A stretch of DNA of 64,000 bases. Source: Spiroplasmataceae bacterium (GTDB lineage: Bacteria > Bacillota_I > Bacilli_A > Mycoplasmatales > JAYUTB01). Location of the stretch: the NCBI GenBank assembly GCA_043756005.1, contig JAYUTB010000001.1, forward strand, positions 42,132 through 106,131, in the 5' to 3' direction. The translations under genes were made by a program, and so were the position numbers. Under the pieces are notes generated by a model. It made no database searches, was not told the origin of the DNA, and was given only the letters and a program-made list of their open reading frames with translations. Shown one piece after another: positions 11,571 to 24,780 of this stretch; position 1 is the first letter of the stretch, and each line of letters opens with the position of its first letter.

Positions 11571-12446
11571 TTATGTTTGCGTTGCTGAAATGTTTGTTGC
11601 AGGTTCTTTTGTTTCAATAACTGGAGGATTTATAATAATTAAGGGAGGTTTAAAATTATCGTTAATTAATTTAAAAGATTGTGAGCAAATTAAAATGTTA
11701 CAAAACAAGAATAATCATTTTAATCTGAATTTTTCATGATCAGCTACAATGTTTAAAATTTTATATTGATTAATTTTATTTATATATGTTTCAATAATTG
11801 ATGATCAAAAAAAAGCAGCTAACATAAACAAAAGTACTCAACCTAATAACAAAATATTGACAGCATAAAATGTTAAATTTATAAATAGATAAGTATTTGT
11901 AATTTTAGTGTCAACTAATTTTAAAAAATTTTTTTCTGTTTCATTTGATATACTTAAAAAACATCAACACAATAAAGTTGTTGAAAGTAATAAAAAACAA
12001 ATAATTGATGCATAAAACAATATATAAACTAGTTTTATTTTAATAAAATATCATTTTGGTTTATGATGAAACATTGGTAAAAATTGAATTAAACTAAAAA
12101 TCATATCAAAGCGAGATCAAATGTTAGTTGAATTTCAAAATGATGTTGGCGTATCTGATTTATGTTTAATTACATTAATTTTAGTTTCAAATAACAATCT
12201 AATATCGCTTTGAAAATCAATATTTGTTGTCAAAAAATTAAAAACGGTTTCATTAGTTTCAGTTAATGTTAAATGATGATGTTTGAATAAACCTATATAA
12301 TTCATAGTGTTAAAAAAACGTTGTTTAAAATTGTTAAATCAATCAAAATTTTTACGATTTAAAAATCTAGATAATCGTAATCAAACACTAATCATGATAA
12401 TTGATAAATGAATAGTCAAGAAAATATAAAAAATAATTGATAACAT
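11571..12446 (-). CDS. Hypothetical membrane protein (291 aa)
   Basis: Checked triplet by triplet: ATG 12446..12444 overlaps the pgk stop by 1 nt (TAATG), TAA is at 11573..11571, and the frame contains many TGA codons. Hydrophobic N-terminus and central helices. No family recognised. Confidence 0.6.
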
Positions 12447-13666
12447 TATAATAAACTTTTTTTAACTTTTAAGGTTTCAATACCTGGTAATGGTTTGCCT
12501 TCTAAATAAGTTAATGATGCCCCACCACCAGTTGAAATAAACGATACTTGATCTTTAAATCCAAAATTACAAATTGCTGAAGCTGAATCACCACCACCAA
12601 TAATGGTTAAAGTATCTTTGTTAGTTAAGTTAGCAACAATTTCGCAAATTGATTTGGTTCCAAAGGCATAATTTTCAACTTCAAACACGCCTACCGGCCC
12701 ATTTCAAAATATTGTAGCCGCATCTTGTAAAATTTCTTTAAATAAAGACACTGATTTTGGACCAATATCAACAATCATTAAATGTTGTGGAATATTACGA
12801 CCATCTACATAAACTGGAATGCTCGGGGCAATACTTTCAGCACAATAAAAATCAATTGGCAATATAATCTGATCATAATGTTTAAATCAAAGTTCTTTTA
12901 CAAAATCAAGTTTATCGGCTTCTACTCGTGATGTACCCATTTCATAACCTTGACTTTTTAAAAAAGTAAATGATAAAACTCCAGCAATAACAATTTTTTT
13001 AGTTTTGGCAATTAAATTTGTTACAACATTTAATTTATCTGATGCTTTAGCGCCTCCTAAAATCACATAAAAAGGTTGCGTTGGTTGATTAACAACTTTA
13101 AATAACATGTTTAATTCTTTTTCAACTAAAAAACCAATTGCTGATTCAGCACAATAAGTAGCAATGCCAACGTTAGAGGCATGTGCACGATGTGCGGTTC
13201 CAAATGCATCGTTAACAAATACATCGCCAAGTGACGCTCAATATTGACCTAACATAGCGTTATTAGATGATTCTTTTTGTTCATGAATATCTTCAAAACG
13301 AGTATTTTCAACTAATAAAATTTCGCCAGCTTTTAAAATATCAATTATTTGTTCAAGCCTTTTACCGGATGTTGCCGATGATCATCGGATTTTTATTTCA
13401 GGAAACATAATGTTTTGTAAATATTGATAAACTAATAGTAAACTATTATTTTTTTTATCGGTTTCATTTTTAACTCGTCCTAAATGAGAAAAAATAATAA
13501 TTTTAGCGCGGCTTGTAAGTAAATAATTAATAGTATCTTTAGCTTCAATTAAACGGGTAACATCTTTGATAACGCCATGCTGAATTGGTACATTTAAATC
13601 AAGCCTTAACAGTACTTTTTTTTCATGAAGATTTTTTAATTGAAGAAGGGTTTTAAATTCGAACAT
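12446..13666 (-). CDS. pgk: Phosphoglycerate kinase
   Basis: Track ORFs 12446..12688, 12887..13108 and 13382..13666 share one frame (1221 nt in total) and are joined by TGA. Pgk-like sequence throughout. Confidence 0.95.
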
Positions 13667-13680
13667 ACATATAAATACTT

Positions 13681-14697
<1,017 letters not shown>

Positions 14698-14731
14698 AAC
14701 TTATTAATCTATCTTTTTGTAAAAATAATTA

Positions 14732-14740
14732 TGCTATAAT
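14732..14740 (+). promoter_or_regulatory. Extended -10 promoter element (TGcTATAAT)
   Basis: An exact TGnTATAAT lies 43 nt upstream of ATG 14783, in the divergent gap/surface-protein intergenic region. Confidence 0.5.
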
Positions 14741-14782
14741 TATGTCATATTATTTTATTAAAATAATATAAAATATTAATAT

Positions 14783-17044
14783 ATGATACTAAAATCTCTA
14801 GCTCGACTTTTTAATTTAATAATATTTTTAATTACTTTAGTAATTTTATTATCTAATACAAATGACAACACTAAAAACAAACAAATTTTTAATCAAACAT
14901 GACAAACTGAAAAAATACCTGATGCAAAAGAAACTTTTCAATGAAAACAAAATACATCAAACGAGTGAACGATTAAAAAACCAGCAAAAACATATACATT
15001 TAAAACAGAAACATTTAATATTACTTCAAATTTAATCAACATAAACAATAACAAATATATTTATTGACAAGAAATTACAAATCAAAAACTTAGTTTTTTA
15101 AATTTAAATACATGAGAAATAAAACAAATCAAAGTATCTGATGATGAATTTGATAAATATGTTAAAACGAAATTGATTGATAAAAAATGATTATTCGTGA
15201 GTATGAAAAAATTCATGCACAGCAAGAAACTGCAATGATATTTTGTAAATTTAAATTTTTTTAAACTTAGTCAATCGCTTGGCAATGATGAACCAGAAGT
15301 TGAAATTATTGATAAAGATTATTTATTGTTAAAGAAACAAGGATGACTTCTTAATATAGAAACTAATAAATACATTACATCTCAACTGAAAACAAATAAT
15401 TTAACAAAATTATATGCAAACGGCTCTACTAAAAAAGAATATGTTTATTATTATAAAGATGCAAATAAACGCGAATTTATAAATTTAAAAAACGGTAAAA
15501 TAATAACAATTAACGATAAAAATGCTGAACCAACAATATGGGCGATGAAACCTAAAATAATAACGGAAATGACAAAAAAAGAAATATATTTTTATACTGA
15601 TGGTGATAAAAGATATATGTTAAATTTAGACACATTTCAAACAGAAAGTATTACAAAAACTGGTTGAAAAATGTTAAATATTAAGAATAAAGTTGAATAT
15701 ACATTTAAATATCAGCAAGAAAAAAATAGCTATGTTTATGAATATTTACATACAATCGATTTAAAAACGCCATTAAAAATAGATCTAAAAAAACTAAAAC
15801 AATTGAACATATGAAACAAAAATAATTATTTTGTTTGAGATAAGCAACCTGATAACACTTATCTATTATACAAAACCGATGATAGTATGGTTAAAGATTA
15901 TGATATAAACATCGGAACAAATGAACCAGCCAGCATAATAAACGAAAAAAAGTATGACGAGGAATGATTAAAAATTATTTATAAAAATGGGAAACATGCT
16001 TATTTAACTGAAAAATTTCGCATATTTTTACCAGAATCACAAATCAAAAATTATCCAACAATCAAAATAAAACTAGAACAATACTACGAAATACAAACGA
16101 ATGCAACTCCGGATTCAAATAATGTAATTACAACAAAAGATGAAAAAAATATATTATATTGACAATCTTATGGTTTAGATTGATCAAATAAGAAAAAATA
16201 TATTTTAACACACTTAGAAAATCCGAAGCAAATTTCTTACATAACATTATACCTTGGACAAAAGCCGAATATTAATACTTTTAATGCAATAACAAATGAA
16301 AACAATGATGTATTATATTGATTTAAAGACAGGAAGAATTTTGGTGACGCCGAGAAATACTTTATTTTTAGTATGAGATTATTTCAAAAGATTGGAGGTT
16401 TTGATGAAGAACCTAAGGCTAATTTCAAGTTTTTATTAACAGACGGCAAATTTTATTGGCATGATCTTTTTTATATTAATAAAAAAAATTTTAGAATTAT
16501 AGAAGTTGGCCGCAATTATAAGGTGACAATGGCGCAAAAAAGCTATGAAGGTAAAAATTATCAAGTTTATATGTATTTTAAATACGGAGAGGGATGACAT
16601 ATTTTAAATTACGACACTTTTGATACAATAAAAATAGAGAAAGAAGATAATTTTAAGATAAAATCAATTAACGGGATCTTATTTATCGAATATATAGACG
16701 GACTCAAATTGTTTGAGACTGAAGGGTTAGATAAAGAAAACAAAAAAAATGGAACAAACTTTCGACTATATACTTGCAAAACCAAAAAGTATGTATTGAT
16801 GAATCCTTTGAGTAAAAAATGAGAAGATACGTCTGCTAATGATGAACCTGAAATAACAACATCAAACGTTGATAAGATAGTACAAAAAAGTGGCTCAGTA
16901 GATGCTCCACAAATAAAAAAAATTATGACGACAAATAAGGCAAAAAAAACTAAAATTCTAGCAATTGCAACTATAACTACAGCAATTCCGTTGATAAATG
17001 TTTTTACAATTTTAATAATCTTTATTAAAAAACGTAAAATATAA
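14783..17044 (+). CDS. Large surface-exposed protein with N-terminal signal-anchor and C-terminal TM anchor (753 aa), function unknown
   Basis: Every codon from ATG 14783 to TAA 17042..17044 was read and only TGA interrupts. It contains track ORF 16373..16597. The N-terminus is LFNLIIFLITLVILL and the C-terminus is ILAIATITTAIPLINVFTILIIFIKKRKI. The body is Y/W/K/N-rich with recurring aromatic motifs. Confidence 0.75.
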
Positions 17045-17284
17045 TAACGTGTGTTAAAATATGATTGCTTATGAAATGATAATATGAAAAATACAATACT
17101 TGTTAACTGTAATTATTTTATCGTCTTGATCATAAGATTATTTTATTACAAAATTCACCATCATCAAACAATGAAATTTATTAACATAACCACTAATTAC
17201 AAACTTTACAATTAATAGTTAAACATTCAATAATTATCTAACAAACAGGCTTAATATTAGTATATTATATAAATAGTTAAAAAT

Positions 17285-18757
17285 ATGAAAAGTGTTGTGT
17301 TAAAAAAATACATATATTATAATGTATTTATAAATTTTTTACCGGTTTTTGTAACTTGCATATTTACTTTAACTTTTAATTTATTTTTAATAGCTTATCG
17401 ACAACAAGATGGATTGATATTTAGTAGTATATTTAATATAATTTTAATTATTATTAATTTTAATGAAGCTAGTTTGATTTTAGCAACTATTTTACATCTT
17501 TATAAGCCAGTGCAAAATAAAGATTATAAACAAGTAAACATCATTATTGCGTCTTTAAAAAAAAGATCATTATTAATTGGTATCGTTTATGGATTATTAA
17601 CAATAATAACGGTATTTTTATTTAATAAATTTTGAACATTGCCTAACGGGATTGAAAAAAATATTTTTACATGATTTATTGTTTTAATTGCAGGACGTAA
17701 TATTGTGAATTTCATTTTTATCAGCCCTTATAATTGTTTATTACAGGCAGAAAATAAAAATTATATTAACTGTTTAATAGAATTGTTTTGTAACATAATT
17801 TGTTATATTTTTATGATTTGATATTTATATTCTTATAAAGCAAAAGCAAATATGGTATTAATAGCAGGAACGTTTTTCTTAACAGTAATATTACGATTGA
17901 TAATTATAAAATTTGTATTTTTTAAAAAATACAAATTAGTAAATTGATTTAAAATTTTAAAAACAGTTAACGATAAAGAATTGATGCAAGATTATAAAAA
18001 CATTTATAATTATAATTTTTTAGAAGCATTCTCTTTTAATTGTGGTATAGTTATTTTGGCACTTTTTATACGCATCGATTCGGCTGCATTATTTTTTATT
18101 TTTATTTCAATATTTTATTTTATCAAACAAATAACGTTAACATTAATTTTATCAATACGAGATTCTTTAGCTATAAACGTAATTAAATATGGGAGAATTT
18201 TTAATAAAACATTTGTAATGTTTGAAATATATGCATTTGTTATTATTGGTTTAAGTTTTTTGATTCAAGTTTTTGGTATATCCTCGGTGTTTTGATGAAT
18301 TTTTGAGAAACTAAAAATTCCTTGATCAGATAGTGTAATCAAACAGTCTCTAAATAATAATTGGTTTTCTTTAATTATTGGTTCTTTTTTAAGTTTAAAT
18401 TTATTATATTCAATTGATTCTGCATTATTATATGCTCAAAAAAAACATAAAAAAGTAATGAAATTTTTATTTATTATTTGTTTTCTTCAATTATTAATAC
18501 TTGTCGTAAGCTGTTCTTGAATATCGATACTTAACAAAATTAATTCAAATGCAATCGCTGGATGGAGCCTTTTTGATTTAACAATATATAGTGTTTACAT
18601 TATTAATATTATCGCTTTTATAATTAAAAAAATTTATTATAATTTCTTTACATATACAACTTTAATATATAACGGCACTTGGTTTAAAAATTATTGAACT
18701 TTATTCGTTATGTCGATGTTAATAACAATATCAGGGTTAGTGATTTTTTTAAAATAA
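17285..18757 (+). CDS. Polytopic membrane protein (490 aa), possibly a MOP/Wzx-type flippase
   Basis: Track ORFs 17285..17635 and 17981..18295 share one frame. The joins were checked and the gene ends at TAA 18755..18757. It has roughly a dozen hydrophobic helices. The family assignment rests only on overall architecture. Confidence 0.55.
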
Positions 18758-18779
18758 GTAAAAAATAACAAAATTAAAA

Positions 18780-19436
18780 TTAATCATTAGAAAAAATTAC
18801 TAAACATAAACCTTTTTTAATGTGTATTATATTTTGATTATTCTTTAATTCATTGCTAGCAATGAAAGAATTAAAAATATAATGATGATGTCAATCAATA
18901 GAGTATTCAAAACCTTCCAATTTCACAATCAACTCATCGCTCACGTTCCATAAAGAAACATAACGATAAGCTAATCAATCTGATTTTTTAAAAATTGTAG
19001 TTTTGTCTATTAAAAAAAAAATGTTTTTCAAGTCTTGAATAACAATTGTTGAAGGTCAAAAAAATTTTAATAAACTTATATGAACTAATAACATATCACA
19101 ACGATCATGGTTTTGAGTGATTATTAATATTTGCGTAGTTGGTAATTTTTTAAGAATTATTTGAATGGCCATTTCAGAATCATAAAAATTTTTTTTTTTA
19201 TCAACATGATATATATTATTTACTTGAGATTTAATAAATAATCGTTCTTCAAAGGTGGTTGTGTCAAAATCACCACAGGCAAATAAAATAGGAAGTTTAT
19301 GCTTGATCAAGTATAAAGTGCCCGTCTCTACTCCAACAAAAAATACTTCACCTTTAAATTTATTTAATAAACACGAATTTAAAGGAACATCTCTCAATAA
19401 AATAACAGTTAACGGAAAATTACAATTGTAAATCAT
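18780..19436 (-). CDS. thiN: Thiamine pyrophosphokinase
   Basis: Track ORF 19056..19436 extends through TGA to TAA at 18782..18780. Motifs CGDFDT and DSEMAIQ are typical of TPK. Confidence 0.7.
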
Positions 19437-20103
19437 TTAATAGTTTTATTTTTTCTTGCCATGTTGCTGATTTAGGACTTCAAATAGTTAAAAAACTACC
19501 AATCACAAATCGTGCAGCACCAGCTTTAAAACAAGCTTGAATTGTTTGATCGTTCATTGAACCGTCCACTTGAATCATGGTCAAATTTTTATTTTTTATA
19601 ATATATGACTTTAATTCTAAAATTTTTATAATACTAGCTTCAATAAAAGTTTGACCACCTAAACCAGGTTGCACACTCATAATAGTTATTCAGTCAACAC
19701 TTGGCAACCAAGTATGTATTTTAGATAAAGGCGTGTCAGGATTAATAGCTAATCCTGATTTAATGTTATATTTAGTACAAATCTCAAAAAATTCAACAAA
19801 TTGATGATCAGTTAATGATTCAACATGTAACGTAATTTGATCAATTTTGATTTTTAAATATGGTTCTAAAAACGAAAACAACGATAAACATTTAATATTA
19901 ACCATCATATGGCAGTCGATGTATCAATCAGGAAATTGTAGCTTTATAAATTGTAAGTAATCATTACCAAAAGAAATTTGTTTAACAAAATGACCATCCA
20001 TAACATCATAATGTAGTATGTTAGTTAAAGGGGTGGTGTTAATTAAAACTTCTTTTAAAGCAAAAGGGCTAACGTTTAAAATACTTAAGCTAAAATTATT
20101 CAT
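19420..20103 (-). CDS. rpe: Ribulose-phosphate 3-epimerase
   Basis: ATG 20103 (MNNFSLSILN...HYDVMDGHFV) is in frame with track ORFs 19690..19908 and 19480..19680 (MSVQPGLGGQ). TAA is at 19422..19420. It overlaps the next gene by 17 nt. Confidence 0.9.
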
Positions 20104-20710
20104 GTAATTTCGTTTTTAAAAAATTGAAAAGTTGAAAAACGGTATCGGCAACGTGATGATTTAAAATTTGAATATCATAATTAGAAGAATATTGTTCGAT
20201 TTCTTTTTTTGATCTTTTTAATCTCATTAATACTTCATCAGGTGTTTCCGTTTTTCTTTTAACAAGTCTTTTTTCAGTTTCTTCTAAACTACCGCTATTT
20301 AAAAAAATCGTAATAATGTTAACATTATTACGATTTTGAGTAATAATTTTTTCAGCACCTAATGGCTCAATTTCTAATACAACGTTTTTTTGAGCATTTA
20401 ATAATTCAATAATTGGAAGACGGGGCGTACCATAATAATTTTTAAAAAAATAACAATATTCTAAAAAATAATTTTGATTAATTAATTTTCTAAACTGTGA
20501 TTTATTGATAAAAGTATAATCAACATGATTTGTTTCTTCCAATCGCGGCTTGCGGGTTGTATATGAAACAGAATAAACTAAATTTAATTCTAATATAGAT
20601 AACAATTTTTTAATAACCACTCCTTTACCTATGCCACTAGGACCAGAAATGATTATTAATGATCCGACATTATCTTGATGTAGCAACTTCATTTCAAGCT
20701 TGGGAAGCAT
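20096..20710 (-). CDS. gmk: Guanylate kinase
   Basis: P-loop ISGPSGIGKG and a TTRKPR motif. An alternative ATG at 20692 would remove the 17-nt overlap with ecfT. Confidence 0.9.
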   Translation of the reverse strand: MLPKLEMKLLHQDNVGSLIIISGPSGIGKGVVIKKLLSILELNLVYSVSYTTRKPRLEETNHVDYTFINKSQFRKLINQNYFLEYCYFFKNYYGTPRLPIIELLNAQKNVVLEIEPLGAEKIITQNRNNVNIITIFLNSGSLEETEKRLVKRKTETPDEVLMRLKRSKKEIEQYSSNYDIQILNHHVADTVFQLFNFLKTKLHE

Positions 20711-21605
20711 TAGATAAATATGGTGTTGATTTATTTATTAATAATATAACGTCATCTAATTTAAAAACACCACATTTAACTAATATACTGCACGTTAATA
20801 ATCCTATAAATAATCCTAAATATAATATATCTTTAATGTTTATTTTATATGCTAAATAACGTGAACGTTTAGCAAAAGGATCATAACCGCGAGCTACCAT
20901 AGCGTTTGTTAAATCTTCGGAACGAACAATTGAAATATTAATGATTGGAATAATTAAAGAAATCAATGATTTTGTTTTTTTTAAAATATTTTTATTTTTA
21001 AAATCTACACCCCGCGATGCTTGTGCATTCATAATTTTATTTAATTCTTGTAATATTGTCGGAATAAATCGAAGCGCAATACCAATTATCATCGAAATTT
21101 GATGAACTGGAAATTTGATTCATTTTAATGGTTTCATTATATCTTCAAGTCCTAATGTTAAATCAAGGGGTTTTGTGACAGAAATTAAAAAAGTTGTTGT
21201 TAAAATAATATTAAATAGTCTAAAAATAGTACTTGCAATATCAATGATAATGTTTTCATTAATGGCGCGATCACTGAAATAATGTCAGTTTGTGGGTGAT
21301 AAACGTATAGGTTTAAAGAAAAAGGAAAACTTTAAAAAATTAGTTTTAGATGATAAAACACCAATAATTAATAAAAATATAAAAATAATGAAAAGATTAA
21401 TTAAAATTTTATTAATGATTCGCAACGGCAATCGGGCAAGTAAAAATAAAGTTAATAAAAAACTGGCAATAAAAAACTGGTGAAGCAGACTAGTTGCTAA
21501 AAATACACTAGCAAGCATACAAATAAACGTTAAAATTTTAATTCTTGGATCAATCCGATGAATAATTGTATTTTTATTAATATAACCACCAACAATAAAA
21601 TTCAT
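20694..21605 (-). CDS. ecfT: ECF transporter transmembrane component EcfT
   Basis: Track ORFs 20694..21092 and 21285..21605 share one frame (912 nt) and are joined by TGA. CbiQ-like sequence with ASRGVDF. Lies downstream of two ECF ATPase genes. Confidence 0.85.
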
Positions 21606-21608
21606 ATA

Positions 21609-22478
21609 TTACTTATCCTTTAACAATTCATAAATTTTTTCAACAAATTGTTCCATATTTCGTGCATTAAGAGTTTCAACGGGAATGCCTCTTGTTTTCA
21701 TTAATTGTTTGAATAAATAAATTCATGGCAAAGTTAAATTAAACGATGTAACAAGTTCTGGATGATCAAATAATTCAAACGGACTATTGAATGTTTGTAC
21801 AATTTTACCATCTTTTAACACTACAACATCATCAGCTAATTCTAAAATTTGTTCCATATGATGGGTAATTAATAATAATGTTTTTTTTTGTTCGGTGTTA
21901 AGTTTTTTAAAAATATTGATTAATTCAAAGGTTCCGGCCGGATCCAAGCCGGTTGTTAATTCATCTAAAATTATACATTCACTGTTGGTTGCTAAAATGC
22001 CAGCAATAGCGACCCGTCGTTTTTGACCACCTGATAAATCAAACGGCGATCTATTTAAATATTCTTGTTCTAATCCTACCAAGTGCAAACATTCGGCCGC
22101 GTTTTTTTTAGCAATTGCTTTTGATATTCCAAAATTTAACGGTCCAAACATAATATCTTTTTCAACCGTATCATTAAATAATTGATGTTCGGCAAATTGA
22201 AAAAGAATACCAACTTTTGATCTAATCTTATTAATAACTTTTTTTGATAATTTTTTTTTATGAATTTCTAAATTATCGTCAATTAAAATTTTTCCTTCCG
22301 TAGGTAATAAAATAGCATTAATATGTTGAATTAATGTGGTTTTTCCTGAGGCACTTTCGCCAATAATAGCGGTTATTTTTTGATGTTGAAACACATAACT
22401 AATATCTTTTAAAGCAGTAACATAATAATGTTTATGTATGCCATAGCGGTAGGTTACTTTATCGAATGTAATTTTCAT
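21609..22478 (-). CDS. ecfA2: ECF transporter ATPase EcfA2
   Basis: Walker A GESASGKTT, signature LSGGQKRR and Walker B ILDELT. The frame continues through TGA at 21723 to TAA at 21611..21609. Confidence 0.9.
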
Positions 22479-23365
22479 AATTGTTCTACCAACTCTTTCT
22501 CTGAAAAAGTATGTTTTAATGATAAACCTTTTTTTTGTAAACCAACCAATAGTTGTAATATATTGGGGATATTTAGGCCAATTGATTTAAAAAACTCATT
22601 GTCTTGTAACACTTCTTTGGGTGAACCGATTTTTGCTAATTTAGCTTTATCAAAAATAATTACTTGATCGGCAAATAAAATTTCTTCCATATCATGAGTT
22701 ATAGAAATCACTGTTTTATGAAAGTTAGTTTTTAAATCAATCATGATTTGTTTAATATCAATTTTACTTTTCGGATCTAACATGCTCGTTGATTCATCAA
22801 AAATAATAATTTCCGGTTTCAAAGCTAACACGCTCGCAATCGCAACTTTTTGTTTTTGTCCGCCAGATAATTCTAAAGGAGATTTATCTAAAATATCATG
22901 AATGCCTAACTGTAAAGACACTTCTTCAATGATTTTATGAATTTCAGGTGATGTTAAATTATTATTTTCCAAACCGAAAGCAATATCGTCACGAACGGTT
23001 GCTCCAAAAAATTGATTTTCAGGGTTTTGAAAAACGATGCCTAAAAATTTTGCAATTGCTTTAAAATTGGTTTTGGTACGTAGATTACCGAAAAAAGCAA
23101 TTTCACCAGTGTAGTTTTCTAACACATTAGTGATAACTTTAGCAAAAGTTGATTTGCCACTGCCGTTATGACCAATAAGTACAACATATTCGCCAGCGTT
23201 AATACTTAAAGTAATGTTATTTACGGCTGGTTTTTCCATTTTGAAATAGGAAAAAGATAAATTTTTAGTTTGTAAAGCTAAATTGTTTTTTTTTAATAAC
23301 AATGGCTCGTTCAATAGGTAATTTTTATTTTTTTTTGTAAATGGAAAGATTTTGTTGAACATCAT
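22475..23365 (-). CDS. ecfA1: ECF transporter ATPase EcfA1
   Basis: Walker A GHNGSGKST, signature LSGGQKQK and Walker B IIFDEST. It has a 4-nt ATGA overlap with ecfA2. Confidence 0.9.
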   Translation of the reverse strand: MMFNKIFPFTKKNKNYLLNEPLLLKKNNLALQTKNLSFSYFKMEKPAVNNITLSINAGEYVVLIGHNGSGKSTFAKVITNVLENYTGEIAFFGNLRTKTNFKAIAKFLGIVFQNPENQFFGATVRDDIAFGLENNNLTSPEIHKIIEEVSLQLGIHDILDKSPLELSGGQKQKVAIASVLALKPEIIIFDESTSMLDPKSKIDIKQIMIDLKTNFHKTVISITHDMEEILFADQVIIFDKAKLAKIGSPKEVLQDNEFFKSIGLNIPNILQLLVGLQKKGLSLKHTFSEKELVEQL

Positions 23366-23401
23366 AAAAAACTAATATATTTATAAATAATATCAAAACA
23401 A

Positions 23402-24763
23402 CTAAATGTTTATACACTTTTCTTTTAATTTCTTGATTTGTTCTTTAAACAAAACATCTTGTTTAATTAATGTGTCAATTCTTCGGCAAGCGCTCATCAC
23501 TGTAGCATGATCTTTTTTACCAAATGCTAAACTGATTTCTTTAAAAGTATGATTTTTTAAACTTCTGATTAAAAACATTGCAACGTGTCGGGCGATAGCA
23601 AAATTTCGTGATTGATTTTTAGAATGTAAATCTCTAATATTTAAAGCATAGGCATCAGCAACAACTTTTTTAATAGTATCAATTGTTAAACTGTCTTGAT
23701 AATGTTTTGTGGTTTTATGGATATTTATAATTTGTTGGATGTCAATTAATTGCGGTTGTTTTAAATCATTTAAAGTACAACTAAAAATAATGTTTTTTAA
23801 CACACCTTCTAATTGACGAATATCTTTTGTAAAATGTTGCACAATATAATTAATAATTGTTTCATTTAATATAATAGATTTGTTTAATTGCAACATTTTA
23901 AACTTGATAATGTTACATATTACATTAACATCATATTGTTTAATGTTTAAACAAAGCCCTTGTTTTAAACGAGAAATCATTGCCGGTTGAAAACCCATTA
24001 AATCATTGATTAATGTAGCAGAACTAATCACCAACTGTTTATTAGCGCTAATCAAATCATGAAAAATATCGAAAAAAATTTCATTCGTTTTAACACGAGT
24101 ACTAAATCATTGAATGTCATCTAATAACAAGACATCATATGTATCAAATGAACGTTTAAATTTAATAAAAGTTTCGTGATTTTTATGCACTAATGAAGCA
24201 ATTAATGTGGAAAAATCATTTGCTGTCAGATATTTAACTTTAAGATTACCACCACTCAACTCATGTTCAATTGATTTTAATAAATGGGTTTTTCCGTAAC
24301 CATGAGGGGCATAAATAAATAGAGGATTAAAAAGTGAAGGTTCGTTATGTTGTAAATTTTTGACCAAATTATAACAAGCTGTATAAGCTTCGTGATTTGT
24401 TTTACCAACGACAAAATTAGCAAATGTATAATGTTGCTGTTGAGGAGTTTTGGTTTGTTGTTGAATAGATGATTCATATTTAATTAATTGTTTTTGTTCA
24501 CAAAATTCTATCTTAATCGATTCTTTTGCTAATGTAGAACACACATTTTCAAACAATACCAATACTTCTTTAATTAAGAGTTCTTTGGCAAATTTCGATT
24601 GTACACCCACAATATAACGGTTACGATCTTCAACTGTATATAAAAAAGTATTTCTAATATATATATTATATAAAGTTGGATCAATATTTTTATAGGCTAA
24701 CACCGAAAGCGCATCTTTTCAAATCTTTTGGTATTTTTCTGAAGCAGCATTCGAAGTTAACAT
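23402..24763 (-). CDS. dnaA: Chromosomal replication initiator DnaA
   Basis: ATG 24763 (MLTSNAASEKYQKIW...) is in frame with track ORFs 24107..24703 (GYGKTHLL, LLLDDIQ) and 23402..24055 (C-terminal DNA-binding domain, ARHVAMFL). Total length is 1362 nt. Confidence 0.95.
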
Positions 24764-24780
24764 AAATTAATTATAATGAT

